Assembly (NCBI GenBank): GCA_013265495.1
Contig: MU058423.1
Location: 3,549,061 to 3,613,060 of the forward strand
Origin: Vicugna vicugna
Taxonomy: Eukaryota
DNA: 64,000 nt
Direction of reading: 5' to 3'
In this document: piece by piece, positions 25,472 to 38,148 of the stretch
Layout of the letters: every line of letters begins with the position of its first letter
How positions within the stretch are numbered: the stretch's first letter is position 1
Position numbers and translations under genes: made by a program
The notes under the pieces: generated by a model
The model's database searches: none
What the model was told of the DNA's origin: nothing
Seen by the model: only the letters and a program-made list of their open reading frames with translations

Positions 25472-27892
25472 CTTTATTTTTTTAAATTGAAATACAGTTG
25501 ATTTACAATATTGTATTAGTTTCAGGTGTACAGCAAAATGATTCAGATACATATATATATATATTATTTTCCATTATAGATTATTACAAGATGTTGAATA
25601 TAGTTCCCTATGCTATACACTAATCCTTTTTATCTATTTTATGTATAGTGGTGCATATCTGTTAATCCCTGATTTATCTCCCCCACTTTCCCCTTTGGTA
25701 ACCATAAGTTTCCTTTCTATGTCTGTGAGTCTGTTTATGTGTTGTATATAGTTTCGTTTGTATGATTTTTTAGATTCCATGTAGAAGTGATATCATATGA
25801 TATCTGTCTTTGACCTATTTCACTTAGTAGAATATTCTCTAGGTCCATCCATGTTGCTACAAATGGCAATATTTCATTCTTTTCACAGCTAAGTACTACT
25901 CTGTTGTGTTTGTATGTGTGTGTGTATCATATCTTCTTAAGCCAGTTATCTGTTGATGGACACTTGGGTTGTTTCCATGTCTTGGCTGTTGTAAAAAGCA
26001 TTGCTATGAACATTGGGGTGCATGTATCTTTTCAAATTAGAGTTTTCATCTTTTCTGGATATATTCCCAGGGGTGAGATTTCTGAATCAAACAGTAGATC
26101 ATTTTTAGTTTTTAAAGAAACCTCTGTACTGTTTTCCATAGTGGCTGCACCAATTTACATTCCCACCAAAAGTGTAGGAAGATTCCCTTGTCTCCACACC
26201 CTCTCCAGCATTTATTATTTGTAGACTGTTTGATAATAGCCATCATGACAGGTGTGAAGTGATTTGCATTGCTTCTATTATTAGCAGTATTGAACATCTT
26301 TTCATGAGCCTGCTAGACATCTGTGTTTTCTTTGGGAAAAAGTCTATTTAGGTCTTCTTGTTTTTTTGATTGGGTTTTCTTTTTCTTTTTTTGATATTGA
26401 GTTGTATCAATATTGTTAGTTTATTTTGGATATTAACCCCCTGTCAGTAGCATTTTGCAAATGTTTTCCCCCATTTGGTTGTCTTTTTGTTTTGTTGATG
26501 GTTTCCTTTGCTGTTCAAAATCTTTTAAGTTTAGTTAGGTGCCATTTGTTTATTTTTGCTTTTTTTCTTTTGCCTTGAGAGACGGATCTAAAACAATATT
26601 GCTACAGTTTATGTCTGAGATTGTTTTGCTTATGTTTTCTTCTAGGAGTTTTATGGTGTCATGTCTTATATTTGGGTCTTTAAACCATTTTGAGTTTATT
26701 TTTGTATTTGGTGTGAGGGAATGTTCTAATATCATTGATGTATATGTAGCTGTCTAGCTTTCCCTAACACCCGTTGTTGAAAAGACTGCCTTTTCTCCAT
26801 TGTATATTCTTGCCTCTTTTGTAGATTATTAATTGACTATAATTGTGTGGGCTAATTTCTGGGCTCTCTATTCTGTTTCACTGATCTGTATGTCTGTTTT
26901 TGTGCCCATACCATGCTGTTTTGATTGCAGTAGCTTTGTAGTATTGTCTGAAGTCTAGAAGGGTTATTCCTTCAGCTTTGTTCTTTTTCTCCAGGATTAT
27001 TTTGGTAATTCTGAGTTTCTGGTGGTTCCATATCAATTTTAGGATTATTTATTCTAATTCTTTGAAAAATGTCATGGGTTATTTTGGTAGGAATGGCATT
27101 AAATCTGTAGATTGTTTTGGGTAATATGGCCATTTTAACAAGATTAATTATTTCATTCCAAGACCATGAAATATCTTTCCATTTCTTTAAATCATCTTTA
27201 ACTTCACTTATCAATATTTTATAGTTTTCTGTGTGTAGGTCTTTCACTTCCTTGGTTAAGTTTATTCCTAGGTATTTTGTTTTATTTTTTGACATTATTT
27301 TAAACAGGACCTTTTTTTTTTTTTTTGCTTTCTCCTTCTGACATGTCATTGTTAGTGTAAAGAAATGCAATATATTTCTGTATGTTAATCTTATATCCTG
27401 CTACCTTGCTGAATTCATTTATTAGTTCTAATAGTTTTTGTGTGGAGACTTTAGATTGTCTATATAGAGTATTGTGTCATCTGTAAATAGTGAGTTTTAC
27501 TTCTTCCCTTCCAATCTGGATACATTTTATTTCTTTTTCTTGTCTGATTACTGTGGCTAGGACTTCCAATAATACTGTGTTGAATAGAAGTGGTGAGGGT
27601 CAGCAGCCTTGTCTTGTTCCTGAATTTAGTGGAATAGCTTTCAGCTTTTAACTGTGGAGTATTATGTTGGCTGTACATTTGTCATAAATGACTTTTATTA
27701 TGTTGAGGTAGGTTCCCTCTCTACCCACTTGGGTGAGAGATTTTATCATGAATGGATGTTGAATTTTGTCAAATGCTTTTCTGAGTCTACTAAGATGATC
27801 ATGTAGTTTTGTCTTTCTTTTGTTAATATGCCTGATAAGCTTTTCACTTTGATTAATTTGCATGTATTGAACCATCCTTGGGACCCTGGAAT
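25472..27892 (-). mobile_element. About 2.4 kb 5'-truncated L1 with decayed ORF2 (RT and C-terminal region)
   Basis: Frameshifted ORF2 peptides KAFDKIQHPFMIKSL, KYLGINLTKEVKDLHTENYK...[28 protein letters not shown] and NNKCWRGCG. Imperfect TSD aatattt(t/c)ct. Confidence 0.95.
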
Positions 27893-29237
27893 GAATATTT
27901 CCTAACCTGAGTCAGAGACAATCACATTTTTCTTGTGGGCACCTTTAACAACCTCATGGCTTTTTGTCTTTATCAGCGCCTGGCTCTTTCTTTTTCTCAG
28001 AACACTCTTTTGGGGTTACCCAAATCTGTGTCTCTTGAATTGCATTTCTTAAGACTCCAAATAAACTCTATTCTTATTTGCAACTTCCTTTATTTATTTA
28101 TTTATTTTTTTGGTTAAAAGCATCTTCTTTTATCTCCTTCTGCAGTTTTTACCTTGTTCTCTGAGTCCCCTCCCCATTCTCCTTTCCACAAAAACTTCTT
28201 ACTTATTACATAGAACAATTTAATTCTCTTTTCTTCCCCCATCCTGGACCCATCTTAAGGGATATCTTTTACAACCAAAGGCCAATCACGATGTTATAAA
28301 TAAAATGTATTTTTCTCTTAGAAGGAGTCTGCCTAGTTTTTAATCCAACATCTTTTCTTCCCTTCCTCCCTGTCCTGCATAATCTTTAGTGTTTCGATGT
28401 GAGCATAAAACAAGAGAGGAAAGAAAAATCTTTGGTGGGAGTATTGAGACTAAACTGTGTTGAAAGGAATCAGGAACACCAAGTGCTGTGAAATTTTGTT
28501 TTATTGGTAGAAAAATTAGTCAAAGATATTTATAGCATGGGTGGATCCAACTGTATTCATAGTTTTCTTCTAACTGGTACCAAAATAGTGATTACAAACA
28601 CAATAATTAACATCAAATTATGCAGTTGTTTTTCGTGTTGTGAAGATTTATAGTTAAGATGGCATATTTTCATAATGTTGTATGGTTAAAACATTTTTGT
28701 TAGCAATTCTTTCAGTAATAGCATCAAAAAAACCTCCAAATTTACAGCACCCTATATATTCTAATACTTATTATTACCAGTTGATTGTATTTGCTTTTCA
28801 AGGCTATGAAAATGATGAATTTAAACATACTAACTTTTTTCATAAATAGCACTGAGTAATGGAGGCAAATTGGTGCCTTTGTGTGAAAGTGTCGTTGCAT
28901 GCCTCTGATGTTGTGGTGAGTGCCTTCCTGGGAGCAAACAGAGCTGTTCCAAGTGCTTATGGCCTCTGTCTTAGTCAGTTTAATATGACCACCACTCTTG
29001 CTACAGTTCTGCATGTTGGCTTAGAGTTCTAACGGTACCACTTTCTCAACCAGCAGATTGCACGCTCACCTCAGTGCTCATAGGGTCAATCATGCCCTAC
29101 TGTGTGGACCCACATTCTTAACTGACAAGGGCCAGTGTCTTACAAAGTAGGGCAGAATTTTTCAAGGTTGTTGGCAATGAAAATTAGAGATGATGTTCAA
29201 TTATATCTCATGCTGACAATGATGCTTGATGAGGACC

Positions 29238-29652
29238 TGTGGTAGTTTGCACTTTTTGTACCCAATTCTTCACCTCTCCTTGCTCCCACAACCATTGCTG
29301 TGGCCTTATTGTTACTGAAAGGAGTTTCCCTACAGTTGACCTTGGGCTTAGCTTGGTGATCTGTTCTTGCTAATGGCATGTGCATGGAGGTGATAGTGTG
29401 CAGGTTCCAAACCTAGGTGGGGCATTTCCACAGCCCCTCTTGGCATCTTTGCCATTGCCTTAGGAAGAACATGCCGGGACTAGCCCACTGGTCCATGGAG
29501 GATAAAGGATGAGGCCTCAGCCATGCCTTATCTAGTTGAACAAATATATAGATGCATTAACAGTAATAAATGAGTGTTGCTTTAAACCACTGAATTTTGG
29601 TGAATTTTTTTGCTTTTTTTTAAATATCATTTTTATGGCAATAGATGACAGA
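29238..29652 (+). mobile_element. MaLR LTR (MLT1H-like)
   Basis: tgtggtagtttgc...ttgaccttgggcttagcttggtga...aataaatgagtgttgctttaaaccactgaattttgg...tggcaatagatgac. Confidence 0.75.
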
Positions 29653-30060
29653 AGAGCAGTTTCCTAAATTTGTAAAATAAAATATTAACAAAGACTGAAT
29701 AAAAGATGACAGTTTTCAGCTTGCCTATTAATTGTGATTGATGTCACTAGTTGCCTGATGCATTGTTCTGAAAAGGAATTTGAAATTGAGTCTAGGTTTG
29801 GCACAGAAGTGACCTGATTGATTATTAGCATCTGCCACAGGACTGGGAAGGGAAAGTGGAGAATGTATGCTGTGTATCTTCCATCCTCACTCAGACTCAG
29901 CTAAGTGTGACTGGCTTTTAATGACTGGTGGGGTAAGTGGATCCCCAGGGGCTTCCTGAAGTAGATTGTAGCTTGTCATTGAACCCTACATAGCTCATTC
30001 TACTTTACATTTTGTTTTCTTTCAAAGATACCTGCTTTCTGAGTATCATAACTCTGTGCG

Positions 30061-30570
30061 TGTGGCAGATGCTGTGGTTGGTTTGGCCTTCTCTACGTCC
30101 ATCATGGTGTCCTTCTAGTATGTTTTCCTGTACAGCAGAGGCTAGAAAGCTAAAAAATCACCTTTTTAAGTCTTCCTTAAGGTTATGGTTGTAATTTAGG
30201 TTTTGCCAATCAGATGGACTTGGACTTGTGAAACTCAGAACTGAGTTTAGTGGGAAGAGGGCCAGGGTCTGAAGCATCCTTTGGGTAGGCAGGGATTGTA
30301 ATAGATTAGTGGGTTCTTCACTCAGCAAAGAAATCATTTTTCTTCCTTAATTTCTTCCTGCCCTTCTTTCTGCCCCTTGTCTTTGGTTCTGAATGATTCC
30401 ATTCTACACAGCCTCTTTGGTTAGTCTGGTGGCAACAGGTATGCCCTCGGAGCATGGCCTTAGACAGTGACAGGCTTTGTCTCTTTCCAGCCCCCCTTAC
30501 ATTATAGATGACAGCATTCCTTTGAGATAGTGAAGTATTTGGTTTTTATTTTCCCTGGAAACAATCAGGA
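30061..30570 (+). mobile_element. ERVL-class LTR (LTR33/LTR50-like)
   Basis: tgtggcagatgctgtgg...gcagaggctagaaagctaaaaaatcacc...taggttttgccaatcagatg; 3' boundary uncertain. Confidence 0.5.
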
Positions 30571-31569
30571 GCAGTTTAGGTTACGTGAGACTTGTAGACG
30601 CATGTCTGAAAAGAAGCCACACCACTGGGCGTGTGTTGGAGCTGGGCAGCTCTGGGGGCTGGTCGGGGAGGTCTGGGTTTCCAGTAGTCTGGTCCTGGGA
30701 GTGAATGATCTGATGTAGGTTGAGGGACAAAAATCCAATCATCATTGCCCAGTTATGTTTACCGTTTAATTAAGGGGTGAAACATCCTGCCCTTAAAAAA
30801 ATTAGTAATAAAATGAAATATTGAGGATAGAACAAATCAGATTTCAGGCATGAGGAAATCATCAGTAGCCACAGAATAAAGGTGTGTTGAGTTAAAGTGA
30901 CTTCAGAAGTGATTTAATCTAACATCCCACTCAACGGAGAAATTTTCTCTCACATCTCCCCTAAGAGGGCTAATTTTTCGTAAAACATGCCGGGAAAGTG
31001 GGGATCACGACCTCAATAGAAAATTCTAACTCTCATCAACGTTTCTCAGAGTATGTTTATTTTGGGATGTGATCATTGCAGGAGAAAGTTTTGAGGTCAA
31101 ATACATCAGGGAAACATTTTACAAAATTGCCCCCTCTTGGACAATTAGGCCCCTCTGCTAATCATGTAAATTAGCCTAATAAGAGCTCTTCAAAAATCAG
31201 AAGGGGGGAAACTTTCTATTTATTTAACTCAGAATTTTCCAAACCTTTGGCCATGGAACCCACCCCCACCCCCAACACCTACACAGAAGTAATCTGAGGT
31301 CATATTTGGGGAAATGATGCAATATTTGTAAAGCACTTTCTAATAAGACACACTTTTGTTTGTGTATCTTCTCTCACACATACATCAATTTGTCTTCATT
31401 GTTACCTGGAGCCACAGAGGAAAATAAGTAATCTCCTTTCCACATAAAACCCTGATGTACAGTGGTCCCCTCAGGACTGGGAGTGGGTGAGGGGGAAAGG
31501 TGTGGGTGGAAAGAGAGGGCATCATGAGGGAAAAAAAGTCAGTCTGTCTTTGTCTTTCTGTCCGGCTGG

Positions 31570-32060
31570 TGACGCACCACATTCTGCCCCAATCCCTTCT
31601 TCACTTTGCACCATACAGTGACCTTTCTAATCTGACTGTCTTATTCCCTTCCGAACTTTAGTGCTTCCCATCATGGCATGGGTCAATTTCGACTCCCTTG
31701 GCAAGGCATACGGGGGCGCTATAGGACCTGGCCCTTGCTTCTCGCATCATTTTTTTAGGTCAGTATTTTCTCCTCATTCCTCTTGCACTTGCAGGACAGC
31801 AGTCGTGAGCTGCTTGCAGCTCTTGGGGCACCATGCCATTGCAGCCCTTCTGGGCTTCGGGTAGGCTGGTTCCCGTGCCTGGAGGACTATCCTCTCGTTC
31901 CCCATCCCCACCTTGTTGAATGGCCTTCATGCAGCCGTTATCTATGCCCCAAGCCAGCATCACTGTAGCTGTGGAGTATCCCCTGCATCCTCCCCACCCT
32001 AGACCCCAGTAGAGTTAGCCACTACCAGGAGCTACCCTTCCCTTGCGCGCTGTACAGAAG
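31570..32060 (+). mobile_element. L2 fragment
   Basis: cagtgacctttctaatctgac...ctcccttggcaaggcatac...cctggcccttgc. Confidence 0.55.
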
Positions 32061-32147
32061 TTTACTTTTTGGTTTTATCGCTCCATAGTGTACGTGTTTG
32101 TTTGTATGTTTGTCTCGTATTCGACTATGGGTTTCTGAAGCGAGAGA

Positions 32148-32593
32148 ATGTGTTAGTTTTCCAGGGCTGCAGTAATAAAGTTCTACACACTGGGTGGCTT
32201 GAAAACAACGGAAACGCATTGTCTTGTGGTTCTGGGGCTAGCAGTCTGAAGTCAGGGTGCTGGCAGAGCCGTGCTCCTTCTGAAGTCGGTGCAGGAATCC
32301 TTCCTTGCTTCCTCCACGCTTCTGGTGGTGGCCGTGAGTCCCTGGTGTTTGGTTTGCAGCTGCACCACTCCAATCTCTGCTTCTGTGGTTATGTGGAACT
32401 CTCTTAGTGTGTCTGTCCTCTTTTTATAAGGACACCAGTCATATTGGATTAGGGACCCAACCTAATGCAATAGGACTTCATCTTAACCAATTATAGCTGC
32501 ACCCACTCTAGTTCCAAATAAGGTCATGTTCTGATGTACTGGAGTTTAGGACTTCATATATATATACATGAGGATACAATTCAACCCCAAACA
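32148..32593 (-). mobile_element. MaLR LTR (MLT1C-like)
   Basis: tgtgttagttttccagggctgc...gggtggcttgaaaacaac...ataaggacaccagtcatattggattaggg...ttccaaataaggtcatgttctg...acaattcaacccc. Confidence 0.88.
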
Positions 32594-32884
32594 GGGACTA
32601 TATCTCATTTATCTATTACCACTGAGTAGATGCTCAATAAACGGTTGCTTAATAGAGGCCCATGTTTTAAATTAGACATTTTGGTTTTCTGGTTACCTGC
32701 ACTTTCCCCCTCTATTATTGGAAATATTGTTGTAAACATCTTTGTGTATCCATTTCTTTTCTTTGCTTTTGCTGAATTAGGTTTATGACATAAGTTCCTG
32801 AAAGTCAAGTTCTGAACTAGGGGCTGGGCATTGACTCAGGCCAACCAAAGAGATGAGTCCAAGGGTACAGTCGGGTGGGCCGTT

Positions 32885-33430
32885 GATTCATTCACAATTC
32901 TCTGCTCATTCATCAGTGCGCCTGCTTTCTACTGGATGCTGGCTTAGTGAAAAATGGTGCTGTGACCCGTACCTTCCTGGAGTTTATGATCTAAGAGCCC
33001 CAAGCACTGTGTAAATTGTTAGGGATTAGATAAACTATGATCCCTACCTTCGAGGAGCTCCCTGTCTAGCAGGAGAGATTGACACACTAAGTGATAATTA
33101 CAATACAGTCTTGAGTATAACCCGAGAGAAGTATGCACCGTGATGGCCTGGGTGAGGGATACCTGAGCCAGCTAGAGTGAGGAATAGGGGTCTAGTAGGG
33201 GTTTCTGGAGATGGAGACAGCTCAGCTGGATATGAAGTGATGAATAAACTGGGTATGTTTTTGTCTGAGAGGCTTTCGTGGCTCAGGGGATGGGATTTTT
33301 CACATCAGCAAAGGTGAGGAAGGAAGAAATAAGTTGTATGTAATTTTGTGCAGCTAGAGCATAAATTGGCAGGTAGGGAGAAGTAAATAAGATTAGAGAG
33401 ATGGAGTGTTTCCAGTTCATGAAGGGTTTC
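32885..33430 (-). mobile_element. L2 3' fragments
   Basis: gattcattcac...tccctaccttcgaggagctccctgtctagcaggagag...ggtttctggagatggagacagctcagctgg. Confidence 0.65.
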
Positions 33431-33479
33431 ATAAGCCATGCCATTTGTTTTTTCTCTGATGACAAATACAGTACACAGG

Positions 33480-34375
33480 CCGTATTTAAACATTAGCGAA
33501 ATAAAATGTCAAAGTAAGTCCCACCAAACCCAATCCTGGAAATAACCATGGCCAACATTTCTCCAATTATTTTCTATGTGTATTATAACTTTGTCAAAAC
33601 GGGATTATGCTACATACACATTTTTCTGAAATTTGCCTTTTTAAATTAGGTAATATTTCTTGGGCATCTTTCGGTATTAGAACACGTGGCTCATGGTGTG
33701 GGTGTACTCAAGTGTATTTAACTGTTTCCATATTGATGCGTATTGGCATGACTTCCAAGTTTTGCACTTAGAAATGCGTCATAAAGATTTTTCAATGTAT
33801 GAATTGGGGCAGTTGTGGTAGTATTTACTTATCCGAGAGAGAAATTCATAGGAGTAAAATACAAATATTTTAAAATGAAAGACCAAACTTCTCTCCAAGA
33901 AAGGTTATCAATTTGCCCTCCTCCCAATAGCTTGTGAGCACTAATTCTTCAGAATATTATCAGTCTTTAAACATATTTGCTGATATCACGGGTAAAAAAT
34001 ATTACATTCAGTTATAATGTTATATCATTAGTATGATTATCTTTTCAAATATTTATTGGCCACCATTATTTAGCTATAAATTTCCATTTTATATGCTGCA
34101 TATATTTTTCTATTCATTTTTTTCTTATTAATTTACACAAGCTCTTGTATATTGTAGATATTAACTCTTTATCTATAAACACGTTCCAAAACTTTACTTC
34201 CAGTCTGTCATTGTTATAGTAACTTTGTTTATAGTATCTTTTGTTTACACAATTAAAAAATTTATATAGCAAAATCTACTTTTTATGACTTGTGAGTTTC
34301 ATATTTTGTTGAAAGTGTCCTTCTCCATGTCACAATTTAAAATATTCTGTATTTTCTTAGTCATTTATTTTTACA
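33480..34375 (-). mobile_element. Ancient L1ME-like fragment (resumes about 35330-35640)
   Basis: Degenerate L1 reverse complement (gctcttgtatattgtagatattaactctttatc; ttcaaatatttattggcc). Confidence 0.6.
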
Positions 34376-34379
34376 TTAT

Positions 34380-35320
34380 ATTTTATTTATTGTTTTTTAT
34401 TGATGTATACTCAGTTTACAATGCATCAATTTCTGGTGTACAGCATAATGTTTCATATATATATATATACACACACATACATACATATATTTGTTTGCAT
34501 ACATACATTTGTTTACATACATATATTTGTATGCAAACATTTCCATTATAGATTGCTACAAGATACTGAATATAGTTCCCTGTGCTATACAGAAGAAATT
34601 TATTGTTTATCTGTTTTATATATAGCAGTTAATATTTGCAAATCTCAAACTCTCAATTTATCCCTTCCCACCCCTTCCCCACTAGTAACCTTATGTTTGT
34701 TTACTGTGTCTGCGGGTCTGTTTCTGTTTTGTTGACGAGTTCATTAGTGTCTTCTTTTTTCTTATCTTAGATCCCACGTATGAGTGATAGCATGTGGTAT
34801 TTTTCTTTCTCTTTCTGGCTTACTTCACTTAGAATGACAATCTCCAGGGTCCATCCATGTTGCTGCAAATGGCATTATTTTATTCTTTTTATGGCTGAGT
34901 AGTATTCCATTGTACAAATATACCACAGCTTCTTTAACCAGTCATCTGTCAATGGTCATTTGGGCTGTTTCCATGTCTTGGCTATTGTATATAGTACTGC
35001 TATGATCATTGGGGTGCTTGTATCTTTTCGAACTTCAGAGTTCCCTCTGGATATAGGCCCAGGAGTGGGATTGTTGGATCATATAGCAAATCTAGTTTTA
35101 GTCTTGAGGAATCTCCATACTGTCTTCCATAATGGCTGCAACAATCTACGTTCCTCCCAACAGTGTAGGAGGGATCTCTTTTGTCTACACCCTTTCCAGC
35201 ATTTATTGTTTGTGGACTTTTTAATGGTGGCCATTCTGACTGGTGTGAGGTGATACCTCATTGGCATTTTTATTTGCGTTTCTCTGATAATTAGCAATCC
35301 TGAGCATTTTTTCATATACA
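34380..35320 (-). mobile_element. Young 5'-truncated L1
   Basis: Same 3' end as 236-925. ORF2 C-terminal remnant [25 protein letters not shown]...[14 protein letters not shown]. Confidence 0.93.
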
Positions 35321-35644
35321 TTTTTTAATCGATCTGCGGTAAATCTTGTGTATGATGTGAGGTGGGAATTTAATGGTATTTATTTGCTTATTTTCCCATT
35401 GATTATTTTTTTCTCCTCCACTGTATGGCAATTACTTTGTTATGGAGTAAATCCTCATTTATACATAGATCTGTTTCTAGGCTCTGAAATCTGTTCCATT
35501 GAGCTGTAGCCTATTCCTGTGCCATTGCCACTCTGTTTAATTTCTAGAGCTCTGAAATATACTTTGACATCTGAGATGACAGGTCTTCTTTCACTCATTT
35601 TTGTCAGACATTTCTTGGCGGTTCTTGTGCATTTATTCTTGTGC

Positions 35645-36124
35645 ATGTTACTGATTAGGACCAGTTTCAGTGGAAAACGCAGAGCCAATAGTGGCTTAAA
35701 GTAGATAGAAATGTATTTCTCTGTCAAACAAGACTTGGCACAGGGACCGTATGGTGGGTCCATGATTAATAGAACACCAGTATATTCTATCCTGTTGTTT
35801 CAGTATCTTCAACATTTGGCTTCTACCTCATGGTCTAAAATGGCTGCTCAAGCTCCGGCCATAACATCTGGAGGGAGAAGTAAGTGGTGATGAAAAAAAA
35901 GGGCAAAGGGGCATGTCAGCTGCCTTTTAAGGGGGCTTCCTAGCAGCTGCCACACAACATTTATACATTTCTTGGCAAAACATGGTCTCGTGGCTATACT
36001 TAACTGTCACCTTATTTTCTTTGTTTTATGTGGCCAGGTGCCCAGCCTAAATTTTGAATCCGTATAACTAAGGAAGAGAACTTAAAGAATGCGCATTGGC
36101 TTGAAAAACTAGCAATCTACTACA
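35645..36124 (-). mobile_element. MaLR LTR (MLT1J/K-like)
   Basis: aatagtggcttaaagtagatagaaatgtatttctct...aaaatggctgctcaagctccggccataacatc...ctagcaatctactaca. Confidence 0.7.
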
Positions 36125-36359
36125 TTTCCTTCCATCCCCTTGGGATTTTGTGGGAATTAAATTAAATTGTTAGATGAATCTGGGAGTAATTGTTCTTGTT
36201 ATGATATGACAACTCTCTAACCAGGAGCGTGGCTTGAATCTCCATTTATTCGAGTCTTTATATTTTTTAGCAAAAATAAAAGAATATTTTTACTTTCCAT
36301 AAAGATGATGCATCTCTCTTCAATTTTTTTTTATTTCAAAGATTTTTAAGACTGCCTTG

Positions 36360-37130
36360 GTCCAATTCCCCCTCCTTCCACCTGCCTTGCCTCTGGTAAC
36401 CAGAAATCTGATCTCTTTTTCTATATGTTTGTTTGTTTTTGCTTTTAAAGTATACTTGACCTACAACGCGGTGTTAGTTCCAGTTACACAACATAGTGAT
36501 GTGGTATTTCTATACATTTCAAAATGGTCACCGTGATAAGTCTAGTTATGGTGTGTCACCATACAAAGTTATTACATAGTTATTGACTATATTCCCCACA
36601 CTATACATTTCATAACTGACTCATTTACGTTGCAACTGGAAGTTGGTAGCTGTTAATTTCCCTCATCTATTTCTTTTCTCCCTTCCACTCTGGTAACCAC
36701 CTGTTTTTTCCTCTGTATCTATAACTCTGTTTCTGTTCTGTTCTGTGTGTTCATTTGTTTTGTTTTTTAGATTCCACATATAAGTGAAATCATACAGTAT
36801 TTGTCTTTCTCTGCATGACTTCTTTCACTTAACATAATACCCTCTAGGTCCATCCATGTTGTCACAAGTGGCAAGATTTCATTCTTTTTTATGGCTGAGT
36901 AAAAAAAAAAATATATATATATATATGTAACATCTATATATATATGTAATATGTTTATCCATTCATCTATTGATGGGTCCTTGGGTTGGTTCCATTATCT
37001 TGGCTATTGTAAATAATGCTGCAGTGAACATTGGGGTGCATATATCTTTTCTAATTAGTGTTTTTGTTTTCTTTGGGCAAATATCCAGGAATGGAATTGC
37101 TGAGTCATATGTAGTGCTATTTTTTAATTT
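36360..37130 (-). mobile_element. Intermediate-age L1 3' end (L1MA9/L1_Art-like)
   Basis: ttagattccacatataagtgaaatcatacagtatttgtc...tccatccatgttgtcacaagtggcaagatttcattctt; contains a (TA)n tract. Confidence 0.88.
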
Positions 37131-38010
37131 TTAAAAACAATTTTAATTTACAAACTAAAAATAAAAAAATTTTTAATTAAAAATTACACTCCTATCTTTT
37201 AATATTTACTTCTAGGCAATTTATAATCTATTTTGCTTGTATGAATGGTGCCTCCTTTCCATTATTTTCTATCTGGCTATTACTGGTTTATAAGAATGCT
37301 GTTAATTTCTATACATTATGCTTATAACTGGTCACATTTGTGACTTTTCTCATTGGTTATAGCAGTTCTTCAGTTGATTCTATTTTCCTGATAGACAACT
37401 ATAACATCTGAAAGTAACGGTAACTTTTTCCTGCTGTTGTTTATGCTTCTTTATTCTTTCCTTCATCTTGGTTCAGGGGTTAGGCTCTCTAGAACAACAC
37501 TGGAACAGGAAGGTGACATGGTCAGATTTACAATTCAGATACACCTTTCTCATGGCTAATTGGAGAACAGACTTGAGGGGACAAAGCAAAAGTAGGAGGC
37601 AAATTAGGAGATTATTAAAATGATGTAGGGGAACAGATAATCAGGTCTTAAATTGATTTTAAGGAAGCAGGAATAGTGAGCAAGGAAAATGTTCAAGAAA
37701 TATTTAGGAGATAAAAATCTGCAGAACTTTGGTGATTGATTAAATCGTATTGGTGAGAGGGAATGGCCTTCTGGAAGTGATTATTTACGCAGTTTAGTGC
37801 AAGAGAGATCGCTGTTGAGGCCACAGTCCTGACTCTGAATGATTGTTCTGACAGCTTGTACACCATTTGATTCCTAGAAAGAAAGGACAGAGATGGGCTA
37901 GAAGAATTCACTTTTTTTTTTTTGCTAGAGCTTCTGAATCAAATGTTTATTTTCTCAGAGTGAGTTGTTGAAGTAGAATGTGAATGAAGTTTATTAAAAT
38001 CAAGAATATT

Positions 38011-38148
38011 AGCTCAGTGGTAGAGTGTGTGCTTAGCATGCACGAGATCCTGGATTCAGTCCCCAGTACCTCCATTAAAAATAAATTTTAAAAAAGCCTA
38101 ATTACCTGTCCCCCACCACCAACAAAATAAATAGATACAAATTTTTAA
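38011..38148 (+). mobile_element. tRNA(Ala)-derived SINE, vic-1-like, 5'-clipped
   Basis: agctcagtggtagagtgtgtgcttagcatgcacgagatcctggattcagtccccagtacctcca (A and B boxes), then an A-rich tail. TSD aagaatatta at 38002-38011 and 38149-38158. Confidence 0.85.

Larger units (their letters stand above)
25213..28119 (+). mobile_element. ERV1-class solo LTR (25213-25470 and 27895-28119) split by an L1
   Basis: 5' part ggaaaataaagatggag...acagagccgggaggcc. 3' part gaattgcatttcttaagactccaaataaactc...ttttggttaaaa resembles an ERV1 R/U5 end. Confidence 0.65.

Noticed and set aside
26112..27875. Reverse-transcriptase-like ORFs as a novel retro-system
   Set aside because: These are ordinary frameshifted L1 ORF2 remnants in a 5'-truncated copy.
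31125..31145. CTCF-like motif TGCCCCCTCTTGG
   Set aside because: Partial match inside a probable decayed hAT element; too weak without binding data.
38011..38073. tRNA-Ala gene
   Set aside because: The 5' acceptor stem is missing, the B box is diverged, and an A-rich tail and TSD are present, so it is a SINE.
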